Assembly (NCBI GenBank): GCA_051599415.1
Contig: AP039700.1
Coordinates: 186,001-250,000 of the forward strand
DNA: 64,000 nt
Origin: Savitreella phatthalungensis
Taxonomy: Eukaryota
Direction of reading: 5' to 3'
Shown here piece after piece: positions 9,199 to 19,200 of this stretch. The translations under genes and the position numbers were made by a program. The stretch's first letter is position 1. Every line of letters starts with the position of its first letter. Under the pieces are notes generated by a model. The model searched no databases. It had not been told where the DNA came from and saw only the letters and a list, made by a program, of their open reading frames with translations.

Positions 9199-11433
9199 CT
9201 ACGGCATATACGGCCTAGTCCTATCCGACTTTGCCACCCCATCATCATCACCCAGTCGCGCTAACCCAGCCTCGAGAGGTGTGCTTGCACCTTTCCTCCT
9301 GACCTGGTGATCGAAACTCAGCGACCTTTGAACCATCACCGTCGCAGGCGCTGCCCCCTTCCTCCTCTTCCCACCACCCTCCCCAAGCAACCCCACAACA
9401 CGACCACCCACCACCAGAGACCGATCTCCAAACACAGATCGACCTAATCTGCCAAGCGAGTTACTCCGACTCATCCGATCGGTGCGATCCGATGCATCAG
9501 TCGACGACGATCCTGCGGATGAGGTGGGTTGTGTGAGGGGCTCTGGGTGGGCGGTGGGTGAGATGTGGTGGTCTGGAAGGTACGCGTTGGCTCTGACTGG
9601 TGGTGGTCGGCGCTGGAAGAAGGTTGCTACTTTGTCTGCTGTCGTATGGGATTCGAGATCGAATCGTAGAGGGTTCTCCCATCGGCCAACGCCGTCCTCG
9701 CATGCAGCCTCAGCTAGACTGCGTCGGACGGCCTCGTCAATGTCAGCCTTGTACGCCTCCTCCTCCGAAGACAAAGGCGCAGCGGGGTTCCGGCTGAAGA
9801 ACTTGCTCGTCGTCTCTGTAGAGCGAGTCACGCAGGCGACCGCCTGCTTCTGCACCGCATCGGCCTGCGACGCTTTCGCGATCGGCGTGTTCTCCTGGCG
9901 TACGACAGTGCGCTTCACATCGAGTCCAACTGCTTTTTGGCGTGGCGAGGTCGGTGCACCTTCCAGGTCAACAGCGGCGCACTCTCCGTTGTCCCGGAAC
10001 GCTTTTGCAACGGATGAGGTTTGTGCGTTCTCCTGGCCGGTGACAGAACGCCCAGCGTCATATCGAAATGCTTTTGCGAGTGGCGAGATCGGGGCGTTCT
10101 CCTGGCCGACAACGGTGGCAACAGTCGCGGCCCTGGATCCCGCCGAGCAGTGACGCTTCCGCGCAGGCGATGGAGACGAGTCAAACAGTGAGAGCTTCTC
10201 GGCCTGGCGCTGCTCGGTGAGCGTTTTGGGAGGTGACCTCCGTGGAGCAGTGTTACCATTAATTTGCTCGAGTGGAGGCCTCGCGGGTGCGAGCTCGACC
10301 TTCGTCAGCTGTCTCTGCGGCTTGAGGAATTCCGTGATGGCGTGGTTGCGGAGGGCCGGCGCAGATTGACTCTGCCGAAGGGGAGGACGACTTGTTGAGG
10401 CTCCAGCTACAGCTTCCTCAGGCAACACGATCAGCTCCCTCGAGATCGGATTCAGCTCACCTCTGGCGACCTGCTCGGCCATCTCCGGCGGCATGTCAGC
10501 ACCAATCAGTGCAAGCGCGTCCTCAGCAAGCCTCTCGCTCGGCTCGGTGAACATCCGCAAGGCCTTCAGGCGCGGACAGTAAACGCGCTGGTGGCGAAAG
10601 GTCAAGTCGGCGAGTGCGAAAGCGCGGTCGTAGTCCGAAGGCACGCGAAGACCGGCGTCCATGCGCACGGCTCGCATGACACCGCTCATGTCGCGGTACT
10701 TCTTGACAATTCGATGTGCACGCTTGAGTCCCATACCAGGGATACTGTCGAGGTAGTCGCACCCGCTCAAGATCGCCATATATCTGAACATCTCGTCCGT
10801 CCAGCCTGCGAAAGTCAACCCTGTGTTACGCGCGATCCGATCACGGAGAATTTCAAAGCACTCGCCCACGTCATTCAGCTTGTACAGCACCCTCCGGCAT
10901 CCATACACGAGCAGATCAGAGTCCTCTGTGATGACGCCGTCGACAATTCCTTCGCGTTCGAGGTATGCAAGTTGCGCGTCAGCCTCGTACGGTGCCACCA
11001 CGTATTGAACACCTGCCTTCTGTAATGCCCTGATGAATCGCAGCGCCATCTCCGGTGTGATGTCGATACATTTCTGGTAACACTCCATCGCGGCCCTGCT
11101 GTTGCCCTGCGCCTTGTAGCTCTCTGCTTTCCGAAGATTCTCCGCCCGGCGTGCCTGACGCTCATCTTCGGTCTTTGCCTTGCTTGGCAGATATCCGCCA
11201 TCGAGCACGACGTACGGGACCACGCCAAAGTGCTGCAGCATCCCAATTCGTCGCATTGCGTAGTCGACGTACCGGCTTGTAAATCGTCCCTGTGCAAGGT
11301 CTGCAGCACAGGAGAAAGCTCCACGATGCAGCCAGACGTACCCATCGACGGCAAAAGTGAAACCCTTGTAGTTCTTGATGTGCGTTGTCTGCTGTGAAGA
11401 CTTGAGCGCAGGTAGAAGCCCCGAGATACCCAT
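9199..11433 (-). CDS. EXO1: Exonuclease 1 (XPG/FEN1 family)
   Basis: MGISGLLP, AVDGYVWLHRG, APYEADAQLAYL, TEDSDLLVYG, LSGCDYLDSIPGMG motifs; disordered C-terminus containing SKFF. Confidence 0.95.
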   Translation of the reverse strand: MGISGLLPALKSSQQTTHIKNYKGFTFAVDGYVWLHRGAFSCAADLAQGRFTSRYVDYAMRRIGMLQHFGVVPYVVLDGGYLPSKAKTEDERQARRAENLRKAESYKAQGNSRAAMECYQKCIDITPEMALRFIRALQKAGVQYVVAPYEADAQLAYLEREGIVDGVITEDSDLLVYGCRRVLYKLNDVGECFEILRDRIARNTGLTFAGWTDEMFRYMAILSGCDYLDSIPGMGLKRAHRIVKKYRDMSGVMRAVRMDAGLRVPSDYDRAFALADLTFRHQRVYCPRLKALRMFTEPSERLAEDALALIGADMPPEMAEQVARGELNPISRELIVLPEEAVAGASTSRPPLRQSQSAPALRNHAITEFLKPQRQLTKVELAPARPPLEQINGNTAPRRSPPKTLTEQRQAEKLSLFDSSPSPARKRHCSAGSRAATVATVVGQENAPISPLAKAFRYDAGRSVTGQENAQTSSVAKAFRDNGECAAVDLEGAPTSPRQKAVGLDVKRTVVRQENTPIAKASQADAVQKQAVACVTRSTETTSKFFSRNPAAPLSSEEEAYKADIDEAVRRSLAEAACEDGVGRWENPLRFDLESHTTADKVATFFQRRPPPVRANAYLPDHHISPTAHPEPLTQPTSSAGSSSTDASDRTDRMSRSNSLGRLGRSVFGDRSLVVGGRVVGLLGEGGGKRRKGAAPATVMVQRSLSFDHQVRRKGASTPLEAGLARLGDDDGVAKSDRTRPYMP

Positions 11434-11501
11434 GGCTGGACTACTCGAGCTGTACAGTCAGATGGCAGGTCTCTCAGGGTGCTTGTGACATGGTGTCTTT
11501 G

Positions 11502-11647
11502 ACGCGACTTTGACACAGTCACAGAGCAGCGCACCCGATGAACGCGTCGGATCTGCTTCAAACGATCATCACAGATCTCAGCGACTTGATCAATGGGATG
11601 TGAAGACGCTATTAGGCGTGCGTATGTGGACGCGTTGAGGTTCGCGT
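11502..11647. promoter_or_regulatory. Cluster of MCB-like elements (ACGCGT/ACGCGA) in the EXO1-sirtuin divergent promoter
   Basis: ACGCGA 11502-11507, ACGCGT 11542-11547, ACGCGT 11630-11635, TCGCGT 11642-11647. Confidence 0.55.
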
Positions 11648-11873
11648 CTTGCTGTGTGTTTGCCCTTTTTTCTTAAGGATTGCTGCTAAGAATAGAATCA
11701 TGCATTCATCCCAAATCAATTTCACCTGTTACGCCTTGATCGAGGACGTCATTGATCCTCTCCCACAGATATGCACACACACTAACAAGCTCTCACCTGC
11801 ACAAATAAGCAGTACAGGGCTCAAGCATCTCATTACTCGCTTCAAGGTGTCAGTCAGGCTATGAGAGTCCCCT

Positions 11874-13214
11874 ATGGACGTAAGTCATCAACTCCAACCT
11901 CTTCCACGAGATTCTGACTCCTTTCAAGCTATCCGAACGGATCCAGTCAGACAAGTGCCCGCTCGGATACGTGATGCAGACGAGGCTGCTGAGCTCTTAG
12001 CGAGCTGGCTGACACGTCACAAGTCGCAGACGAAGGCTGGCGCTGACGGTATGGCGCTGCGTGGGGTGGCGATGTTGACAGGCGCCGGTGTGAGCGTCGA
12101 CTCAGGAATACCGGACTACCGAGGTGAGCAGGGCACGTACACGATCAACAAGACGTACCGGCCCATCTTCTACAATGAGTTTCGGGACAATCATCGTGCC
12201 CGCCAGCGGTACTGGGCACGGTCATTCCTAGGATACCCTCCTGTGATGAACGCTCGGCCGAACGCGATCCACGACGCCGTTGCAGCGCTGATGACCGCCG
12301 GCTTCGTTCACACAACCGTCACACAGAACGTCGATGGCCTGCACACCTATGGACACAACACGGATTCGTCGCTAGCCTCCCGCGTTGTCGAGCTCCACGG
12401 GAGCCTGCACGACGTTGTGTGTCTGTCGTGTGGCCACTCTGTGTCGCGTCGGTCGCTGCAGGATGAGTTGCGGCGCTTGAATAGCGCTTGGCGATTTCTC
12501 GAGGCTCCTCTGCATGAAGATCTTGACGGCAAATCGCTTTCGCGCGACGAGGCGCGGGAGGCCACGCGCAGGAGTATCTCCAAGCAGGCGGCCATCAGGA
12601 CCAACCCTGACGGTGACGTCGACCTGCCTGGCAATGCCGGCGTTCACTACGAGGATTTCAGGTACCCAGCATGCCCACACTGCCTCGCAGCCTCTCGTTC
12701 TCACTCACACCAACACACCATTAAGGCAATCTCCCCCTTCTACGCTGACGCTCTCGCAGCTCCCAGGATCGCATCACCTACAGCCAAACCATTCGCTGAC
12801 ACCAGCACCTCTAGGGTCCTGGACGCCGCTAGCGTGGACGTCAGCGTCGACGACGAGGGTGCGTGGATGAGTGGTGGCTCAGGTGTGTTGAAGCCGTCGG
12901 TGGTGTTCTTTGGTGAGAGTGTGCCTCATTCACGGAAGTCGGCTGCGGATGCCGCACTGATGGACAGCGACACGTCGGGAGGTCGATCTGGATTGCTGTG
13001 TATGGGCACCTCGCTCGCCGTGTACTCGGCCTACAGACTTGTCAAGGCAATGCGAGCGCAAGGTGGCAGCATCGGTGTGCTCTCAAAGGGTCATGTCAGA
13101 GACGAAGAGAAGTGGCTGAGTACGGAAGAGCATTCGATGGATCTCAGGGTGAATATGATGGCCGGTGATGTCCTCCCGAAGGTCGTCCAACTTCTCAATA
13201 TCGACAGAGGGTGA
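11874..13214 (+). CDS. NAD-dependent deacylase, class II sirtuin (SIRT4-like)
   Basis: TGAGVSVDSGIPDYRG, RQRYWARSFLG, TQNVDGLH, ELHGS, CxxC/CxxC, NPDGDVDL, KPSVVFFGE. Confidence 0.92.
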   Translation: MDVSHQLQPLPRDSDSFQAIRTDPVRQVPARIRDADEAAELLASWLTRHKSQTKAGADGMALRGVAMLTGAGVSVDSGIPDYRGEQGTYTINKTYRPIFYNEFRDNHRARQRYWARSFLGYPPVMNARPNAIHDAVAALMTAGFVHTTVTQNVDGLHTYGHNTDSSLASRVVELHGSLHDVVCLSCGHSVSRRSLQDELRRLNSAWRFLEAPLHEDLDGKSLSRDEAREATRRSISKQAAIRTNPDGDVDLPGNAGVHYEDFRYPACPHCLAASRSHSHQHTIKAISPFYADALAAPRIASPTAKPFADTSTSRVLDAASVDVSVDDEGAWMSGGSGVLKPSVVFFGESVPHSRKSAADAALMDSDTSGGRSGLLCMGTSLAVYSAYRLVKAMRAQGGSIGVLSKGHVRDEEKWLSTEEHSMDLRVNMMAGDVLPKVVQLLNIDRG

Positions 13215-13328
13215 AGCACATGTATATCAAAGCTGTACCAATAGTATAGAAAACGAAGAGGAACTTCAAGAGGAAGGCTCTATTAATATTATACGGGATC
13301 CTACAATTAAACACATCGATCATAGCAG

Positions 13329-14951
13329 CTAGCGGCGTCTGCTGCCTCCACCGTCGAGGTCATCGTCACGCGCCGTTGATGATCCACCTTCTGAGTGCGC
13401 AACGCCAGGTCCTTGCGTTGCAGGGCTGCCGATCGTATCCCGCTTCGATGTTGGCTGGTCCTCCCCAGCAAAGTGTGCAGTACGCGGTGAGACGGGACTG
13501 TTCGGATCTCCGTCACTCAGTCCAGCATTGTGGGATTCACTGCCAGAGAGCGGCGGTACATTGACACCCTTACCGAGAGATGCGTGGATGAGGGGCGAAT
13601 TTGATGCTGACAATCGGCCGTTGAGCTCTGTGTTACGCGATGTGAGATCGAGGTCTGTAATGAAGGCGTCGCGGGGTTGGAGTGCCGGTGTGGCAGGTGA
13701 GCTTGAGGAGTTTGAGTCCATGTTTGCGAGTTCTTCACGCAGCCTCTCGAGCTCTGTCTTGAATGTATCTCTGGCGGCGGAGATCCGGGCATAGTAGTTT
13801 GCACCGTTCCAAATCGACCAGGAGAAGACGCTTGACATGAACAAGCCGGAAAGGAGGCGGGAGTGGAGCCAGATGCCACATGGCGCCATGGTAATGAGCG
13901 CATAGATGAACTGGATTGCCATGAAGGCAAATGGTTGCAGCGGCTCCGGAAGTCTGAGAACCAGCTTGCCAAGCCAGGTCTTCGAGTATGACTTAAGCAG
14001 CCAGGTGAAGGAAGTTGGCCGGCCGGCCTTGATTTTCTCTTGCCGTCTGACCTGTATCAAGACGTAGTAGAGGATCTGCCAGAGCAGGTAGAATGCACTT
14101 GCAGACGCGATGCATGTCAAGAAAGGTAGCTCTGTTGCCCTGCCGACGCCAGGGAAGCGCTCGTCCGTGTAGGATCTGGGCAACAGGTGTACAATGGTGT
14201 GCATGACCGCTGGTGGGTAGACGTGGATAAAGAGGGAGGTGACTTTGTCAACGGAATGGAAGACAAGTGAGTTGCGCCACGCAACGATTGCCCATGCGAG
14301 CGAACCCAGAGCGAGGTAGTAACAAGCAGCGAGCAAATGTGCTGACCACGGAGCGATCCAGAGGAACACCATGGTCAGGAAATTGACCCAGTAGCATAGG
14401 TCAGCAACGAAGTAATGCATACCGCGCTTTCTGTAGGTGTAGTACCGCCAGGGTAGAAGGAAGAAGACTTGAGAGGTGTACGCGAGGTGCATCCATTCCG
14501 GGCGTCCACCTAACAGGTAACCAGTGACGAAGACGTTACCCACACCAAGGACAAATGCAATCTTCTCCCTGAACTTGGCCGCTTGCGGTGACTCCCACCT
14601 CTGTTGAGCGCGGTCGAGCTGACGAGTAAATCTGGCTTTGACGCGGTCAAATTCCTTGTTGACTTTGCCTTGAATCGGTTCGACGACTGCATTGCGGTGC
14701 TTGCTAACCTTTGCTCGGACGGACCGACTCCGCTCGAGCAGCTTCGACTGTATTCTCTCTACGCGTGGACCGATGTTGCCGAAAGAGTCTAGGAGGTCGA
14801 AGAACGAAGGAGCTGCGAATTCCATCTCATTCTCAATCATCTCTTCTAGAATCGGCTCGTAGTCGATTGAGATGGTCGAGCTCGATCGGCGCATGGCCGA
14901 TGGCCGTGGCTCTCTTGATGGACGATCATCCGCGCTGCTAGTACCAGACAT
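13329..14951 (-). CDS. GPC1: Glycerophosphocholine acyltransferase Gpc1 (DUF2838) membrane protein
   Basis: HYFVADLCY, WRNSLVFHSVDKVTSLFIH, GRPTSFTWL, WNGANYY; multiple hydrophobic segments. Confidence 0.85.
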   Translation of the reverse strand: MSGTSSADDRPSREPRPSAMRRSSSTISIDYEPILEEMIENEMEFAAPSFFDLLDSFGNIGPRVERIQSKLLERSRSVRAKVSKHRNAVVEPIQGKVNKEFDRVKARFTRQLDRAQQRWESPQAAKFREKIAFVLGVGNVFVTGYLLGGRPEWMHLAYTSQVFFLLPWRYYTYRKRGMHYFVADLCYWVNFLTMVFLWIAPWSAHLLAACYYLALGSLAWAIVAWRNSLVFHSVDKVTSLFIHVYPPAVMHTIVHLLPRSYTDERFPGVGRATELPFLTCIASASAFYLLWQILYYVLIQVRRQEKIKAGRPTSFTWLLKSYSKTWLGKLVLRLPEPLQPFAFMAIQFIYALITMAPCGIWLHSRLLSGLFMSSVFSWSIWNGANYYARISAARDTFKTELERLREELANMDSNSSSSPATPALQPRDAFITDLDLTSRNTELNGRLSASNSPLIHASLGKGVNVPPLSGSESHNAGLSDGDPNSPVSPRTAHFAGEDQPTSKRDTIGSPATQGPGVAHSEGGSSTARDDDLDGGGSRRR

Positions 14952-15399
14952 ACTGGGACGCAGAACGGGGAGTCGGATACAGGCAGGAGTCGATCGCGCA
15001 CGAATGTCTCAGACGCGTCACACAAGGGAAGCTCAGCGCGTTTCAAGAGCTCCTTGTGCAGCTTCAGACGCGCTTGATGACAGTGATCTCTTGAATCAAT
15101 CGAGAGAACTTCGAGAAGAGCGCGATGACTGGTGTAAAGGTGTATGTTTATGTGTAGGAGTGTGTGTTGGTGTTGGTGGATGATGAAGTGCATGTGGTTG
15201 TGCACGTGCAAGTGATCGACCTATTTCGTCATTGCTAGTCACGTGTTTGATGGTTTCTAACAGGGCTACGGCAATCACCGAGTTGACTCCATAACTCACT
15301 ACATACGACCCCACGTACACAGCTATTGAAGTGATCTCTCATCTTGAGGACTACATTCCTCAGTAATCACTAGTATTGCTGTCTCCGAGTGTTTCAGCC

Positions 15400-16113
15400 A
15401 TGTCGGTGCTTATCATTCCTACGCTCAAGTTCCAGCCGGGCAAGGTTGATGCCGCGCTTGACCTGCTACGATCTGAGATGTTCCCGTACACTGAGGCTGA
15501 GTCTGAGAACTCATCGTACGCTTTCTTCAGGGGTGCTGACGATGAGACTTCATCGACCGTCCGTGCGTTCGAGGAGTATGACTCTGCATCAGCAACAGAG
15601 ACTCACGCCCAGTCTTCCGAGCTCGCAGCCTTTGGCAAGAAGCTAGGCGAGCTCGGGTACGTGGCACCTGGTGGCGTCGACTTGAAGTTCTACTTGCCGT
15701 ACTACGGCTTTGCCGCACGGAAGGAGAATTTGAATGGGAAAGGTGGTAGGTGGGATGTGCCTGCTGGGAAATTTGTTTGGCTTGCTCGATTGAATTTCAA
15801 GGATGGTGCAGCTAGGGCTTCTGTGCTCGAGCGTGCGAAGGAGCTCGTGAACTACGTGTACAAGGAGGAGAAGACCACGCACTCGTACTTGTTCACGACG
15901 AATCGTGACGACGACACAGAGGTCCTCGTATTCGAGGTGTACGAGGACAAGAAAGCACTCACCGACATCCACAGCACGTCCGAGCCATTCAAGCAGTTCT
16001 TCGCCTGGGTCAAATCTCAAGACGTCCTTACCGGCCGCGACGTTGTTGGCTACACGACGATCGAGAACGCCGGCTGGATCGCCAAGGACGGCAAGAATGC
16101 AGACCACTTCTAG
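15400..16113 (+). CDS. Tandem ABM (antibiotic biosynthesis monooxygenase / dimeric alpha-beta barrel) domain protein
   Basis: First ATG at 15400. Two repeats with ABM-like 'xFEEY...H..S' and 'VFEVY...HSTS' patterns. Confidence 0.75.
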   Translation: MSVLIIPTLKFQPGKVDAALDLLRSEMFPYTEAESENSSYAFFRGADDETSSTVRAFEEYDSASATETHAQSSELAAFGKKLGELGYVAPGGVDLKFYLPYYGFAARKENLNGKGGRWDVPAGKFVWLARLNFKDGAARASVLERAKELVNYVYKEEKTTHSYLFTTNRDDDTEVLVFEVYEDKKALTDIHSTSEPFKQFFAWVKSQDVLTGRDVVGYTTIENAGWIAKDGKNADHF

Positions 16114-16158
16114 ACGGACAACTGGAGAGCACGAATTGCATACCGTGTCTACTTGAAC

Positions 16159-19100
16159 CTATTTTTGTAGCCAGGGCGCTTGACGCAGTCGGTCTGGATT
16201 GATCATCGTTGCGTCGTCGGCCGGATTGGTCGCTGGTATGTTTTGTGATGACCTACTAGGTGTATCGCTCACGAGATTATGCGTGTCGGCAATTGACCTA
16301 TTTGTGCGCGATGCTGGACCAGGAGTGTCGCTGATGAGTGGAGCTTCTGTGCGACGCTCGCGTTCACGCACGGCTCTTGTGGTGCTCGGTGGCGGGTTGG
16401 GACTGCGGACTCCGCGGCGAGCACGCTGCTTCGTCGCTGGCGTTCGCCATCTGGAGTCTCCACGGCTGCGATCCGATGCCGAGGACGAGTACCGCCTACT
16501 CCTGCTCCTGCTTCTGGCACGCCGGCGAGGCGGAGGCGACCGCGAATCATAACTGGCGCTGCGTCGCCTATACTCGCTTCGCCGGCGCGGAGGCGATCTC
16601 GAACGTGACGACTCGGAATTGCTGCCTGGCGAATCGTTCCGCCTCCTGCCGCGTGATCTTCTTGGCGGAGACCGGCTTCTAGAATCGCTGGACGCGTGCG
16701 AGCGCGGGCGTCTGCTATAGGATGTCGAGCTTGGTCTCACGCGCAGGTCGCGTTGATCTTCGCTGCGACTGCGACTGCGAATAGGGCTGCGGCGACGGTA
16801 TCGCCCGCGAGAGCTTGAGCGAGAGGACGAGTAAGACCGCTCGCGCCTGCCACGCGAACGTTCGGGACTTCTCGTGAGCGATCGTCCGCGCGATCTCTCG
16901 TCCGGACTGCTGCGACTGTACGATCTCGCGCGCGAACGACGCGGCGGTGGCGTGCGCGATCTCCAACGACTGCTGCTATACCTGCTGTCAGAGCTGTCGC
17001 TGTAGCTGTCTGAGTCGAACCCGGACGAGTATGATCGATCGTCATCATCATCACGCCTTGGGGCCGGCGATGGCGGTGGCAGATTTTTGAGGTGCTCGCG
17101 CATGTCGTCCGTCAGTGCTCCGAGGCCAATGGATGTGAAGTAGTTGATGCAGAAGCGTGTGTGTACGGGGTCGTCCTTGGGGAAGACATTGACGAGGGCT
17201 GGTTGTAAGGCAGGGTCGGCCATGCGCTGAGCCAGTTGGCGAAGTCCGAGCTGCTCCTGCAGATCTTGGAAGAGGATCTTGAGGAAGATGCGGGATGAGG
17301 CAGTCGTGTCGTCTTCTGTGAGGCGTACACAAGCGAGGACATGCCATCCAATGACATCGATGCCGAGCAGGTGACCGAACAGTCGGGCAATGTTGCGTAG
17401 CTTGTTGGCTTCGTAGCGGTGGATCGTGTCGTAGTAGATGTCGAAGCATCGTTCGAATGACTCTCGCCAACGACGCTGCAACTTGCACAGCCTCTCGCTG
17501 ACATGGCCATAGAATTTGCCGAACGCCCGCTCTTGTGAGCAACACTCGACGACCATCTTGCACAGCTCAATCTCTTGACCCTCTGCCAGCTTGATCTTGA
17601 GCAGCTTGTGGGTGGCCTCTTCGAAGTCGACTGATGACATGATGTTCAGGTAGATATTTCGACGGAGAGCTGTGAGCTGCTTCGATGTTTCATCTTGGAT
17701 CGCCACCTCCTGGCGTTTTCTTTCTTCCGTTAGCTGCTGTTGCCGCGCATCCTCCTCTGCGACAATGTCCTCCGCTATCTTCGCAAGACTATCCTCATTC
17801 GACTCTCCTTGCGCAGACGCGGCCTCTTCCTCCACTACACCCAGGATTTCCTTCCGCAGCTCTGCATATTCCGCCTCGGTCTCGTCCCATGCTTCATCGA
17901 ACTGGAAGATGGCGAGCTGATCTTGAGGATCGAGGTCGTCGTCATCTAGGCCGATGTAGTGCTGGATCTGTTCTTCCTCATCGACGAGGTCGAGTCCATC
18001 CTGGACGATCGGATTATCCTTGTACGCTTCCTTCCGTTGCTGGAACAGGACTTCGACCATGTACTGTGAGCGCTTGTCGATTGCTGCTTCTTGGAGCACT
18101 TGCCTCAGCCTGTCGAAGACGCCGTTGTAAGCCTTCGGCGAGGCTTCCGCCAGGAATGCGCCTACTTCGCGCATTAGGCCGACTGCAATCTCGACAGACG
18201 AGTCTGTGGGCTTGTCGAGCAGGAGTGCGAGCAATTGGAGGACGACGATCTCGTGCGCAACGCCGAGGTTGCACAGGTGTGCGAGGAAAGTGGTGGATGC
18301 AAGGCACATCGCCTTGTCATTCCGTCTGTACGCCTTGCGGAACTGAATGATGAGCCGGGTGAGTAGCAGCTCGCCGACCTGCGGTAGTTTTGAATTGACG
18401 ATCGCAGCCAGCGCTGCGTAGATTGGCGTATATGGGAGCGCTGCCGACTGCGCCTTCATGATTGATCTCGCGAACAGGGCTCTGCCGCGGATGAGGTTCT
18501 GCTTGAAGATGTCCGCTGCGACGTGCTTGATGTTTGCTTTGTTGACCTTGTTGATGAGCCCGTTGATGGCCTTCTTCAGACCTTCCCACGCCATTCGCTG
18601 GTACTCCTTCGTGCCTTTCTGCATGAAGCTGGCTTGGAGCGCACGCAGCTTTGCTGGCGGAACGTACGTTCCTCCAGCACGCGTGTTCATCAGACGTTCG
18701 AACTCAGCCCGCGCTTCGACTTCGCCTCTCGGAGCATGTGCCTTGACACGGTGACCGGCTAGCAGTTCATCACGCGACCGATGCGGTCTTCGAGGCGACC
18801 TGGATCTTGAATTCTCTCGCCGCCGCTCTCGCGATTGTGATCGCTGCGTGTGCCTACGAGGCCTATGATCGCGCGGTGGAGGAGAAGCGCTACGCCTCGA
18901 GCGCGCCCTGGGATCTAGCCGGCGTTCTGCATCTGTAACCGCATCTCCATCATTTTGATCCTCCGGTGCGTCGAGATCGTGATACGCTGAGCGCGGGTGC
19001 GCCTCTCGCTCTGATAGTGATGGCTTTCTCTGCCACGGTGGGACCATGGTTGCTGTATCATCAGCCTTCAGACGATCTGGCAATGGTGATGGTGATATTG

Positions 19101-19200
19101 ACAGCCGCTTTCTCTTGCCGGTCGACGTCACCGGGCTGGCAGATTTGCGTTGATGCTGCCGAAGGTCGCTGTCAGCCTCATCCGAGGCGGCATCGGCCAT
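16159..19200 (-). CDS. CWC22: Pre-mRNA splicing factor Cwc22 (MIF4G + MA3/MI domains, RS-rich tails)
   Basis: RAGGTYVPPAKLR, YQRMAWEGLKKAINGLINKVN, LRRNIYLNIMSSVDFEEATHKLL, RFCINYFTSIGLG. Confidence 0.95.
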   Translation of the reverse strand: MADAASDEADSDLRQHQRKSASPVTSTGKRKRLSISPSPLPDRLKADDTATMVPPWQRKPSLSEREAHPRSAYHDLDAPEDQNDGDAVTDAERRLDPRARSRRSASPPPRDHRPRRHTQRSQSRERRRENSRSRSPRRPHRSRDELLAGHRVKAHAPRGEVEARAEFERLMNTRAGGTYVPPAKLRALQASFMQKGTKEYQRMAWEGLKKAINGLINKVNKANIKHVAADIFKQNLIRGRALFARSIMKAQSAALPYTPIYAALAAIVNSKLPQVGELLLTRLIIQFRKAYRRNDKAMCLASTTFLAHLCNLGVAHEIVVLQLLALLLDKPTDSSVEIAVGLMREVGAFLAEASPKAYNGVFDRLRQVLQEAAIDKRSQYMVEVLFQQRKEAYKDNPIVQDGLDLVDEEEQIQHYIGLDDDDLDPQDQLAIFQFDEAWDETEAEYAELRKEILGVVEEEAASAQGESNEDSLAKIAEDIVAEEDARQQQLTEERKRQEVAIQDETSKQLTALRRNIYLNIMSSVDFEEATHKLLKIKLAEGQEIELCKMVVECCSQERAFGKFYGHVSERLCKLQRRWRESFERCFDIYYDTIHRYEANKLRNIARLFGHLLGIDVIGWHVLACVRLTEDDTTASSRIFLKILFQDLQEQLGLRQLAQRMADPALQPALVNVFPKDDPVHTRFCINYFTSIGLGALTDDMREHLKNLPPPSPAPRRDDDDDRSYSSGFDSDSYSDSSDSRYSSSRWRSRTPPPRRSRARSYSRSSPDERSRGRSLTRSPERSRGRRERSYSSSRSSSRGRYRRRSPIRSRSRSEDQRDLRVRPSSTSYSRRPRSHASSDSRSRSPPRRSRGRRRNDSPGSNSESSRSRSPPRRRSEYRRRSASYDSRSPPPRRRARSRSRSRRYSSSASDRSRGDSRWRTPATKQRARRGVRSPNPPPSTTRAVRERERRTEAPLISDTPGPASRTNRSIADTHNLVSDTPSRSSQNIPATNPADDATMINPDRLRQAPWLQK

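Noticed and set aside
9482..10153. Long antisense or alternate-frame ORFs (also 19688-20401, 32082-32930, 38901-39860, 46788-47600)
   Set aside because: Expected shadows of GC3-rich coding sequence; no domain-like content
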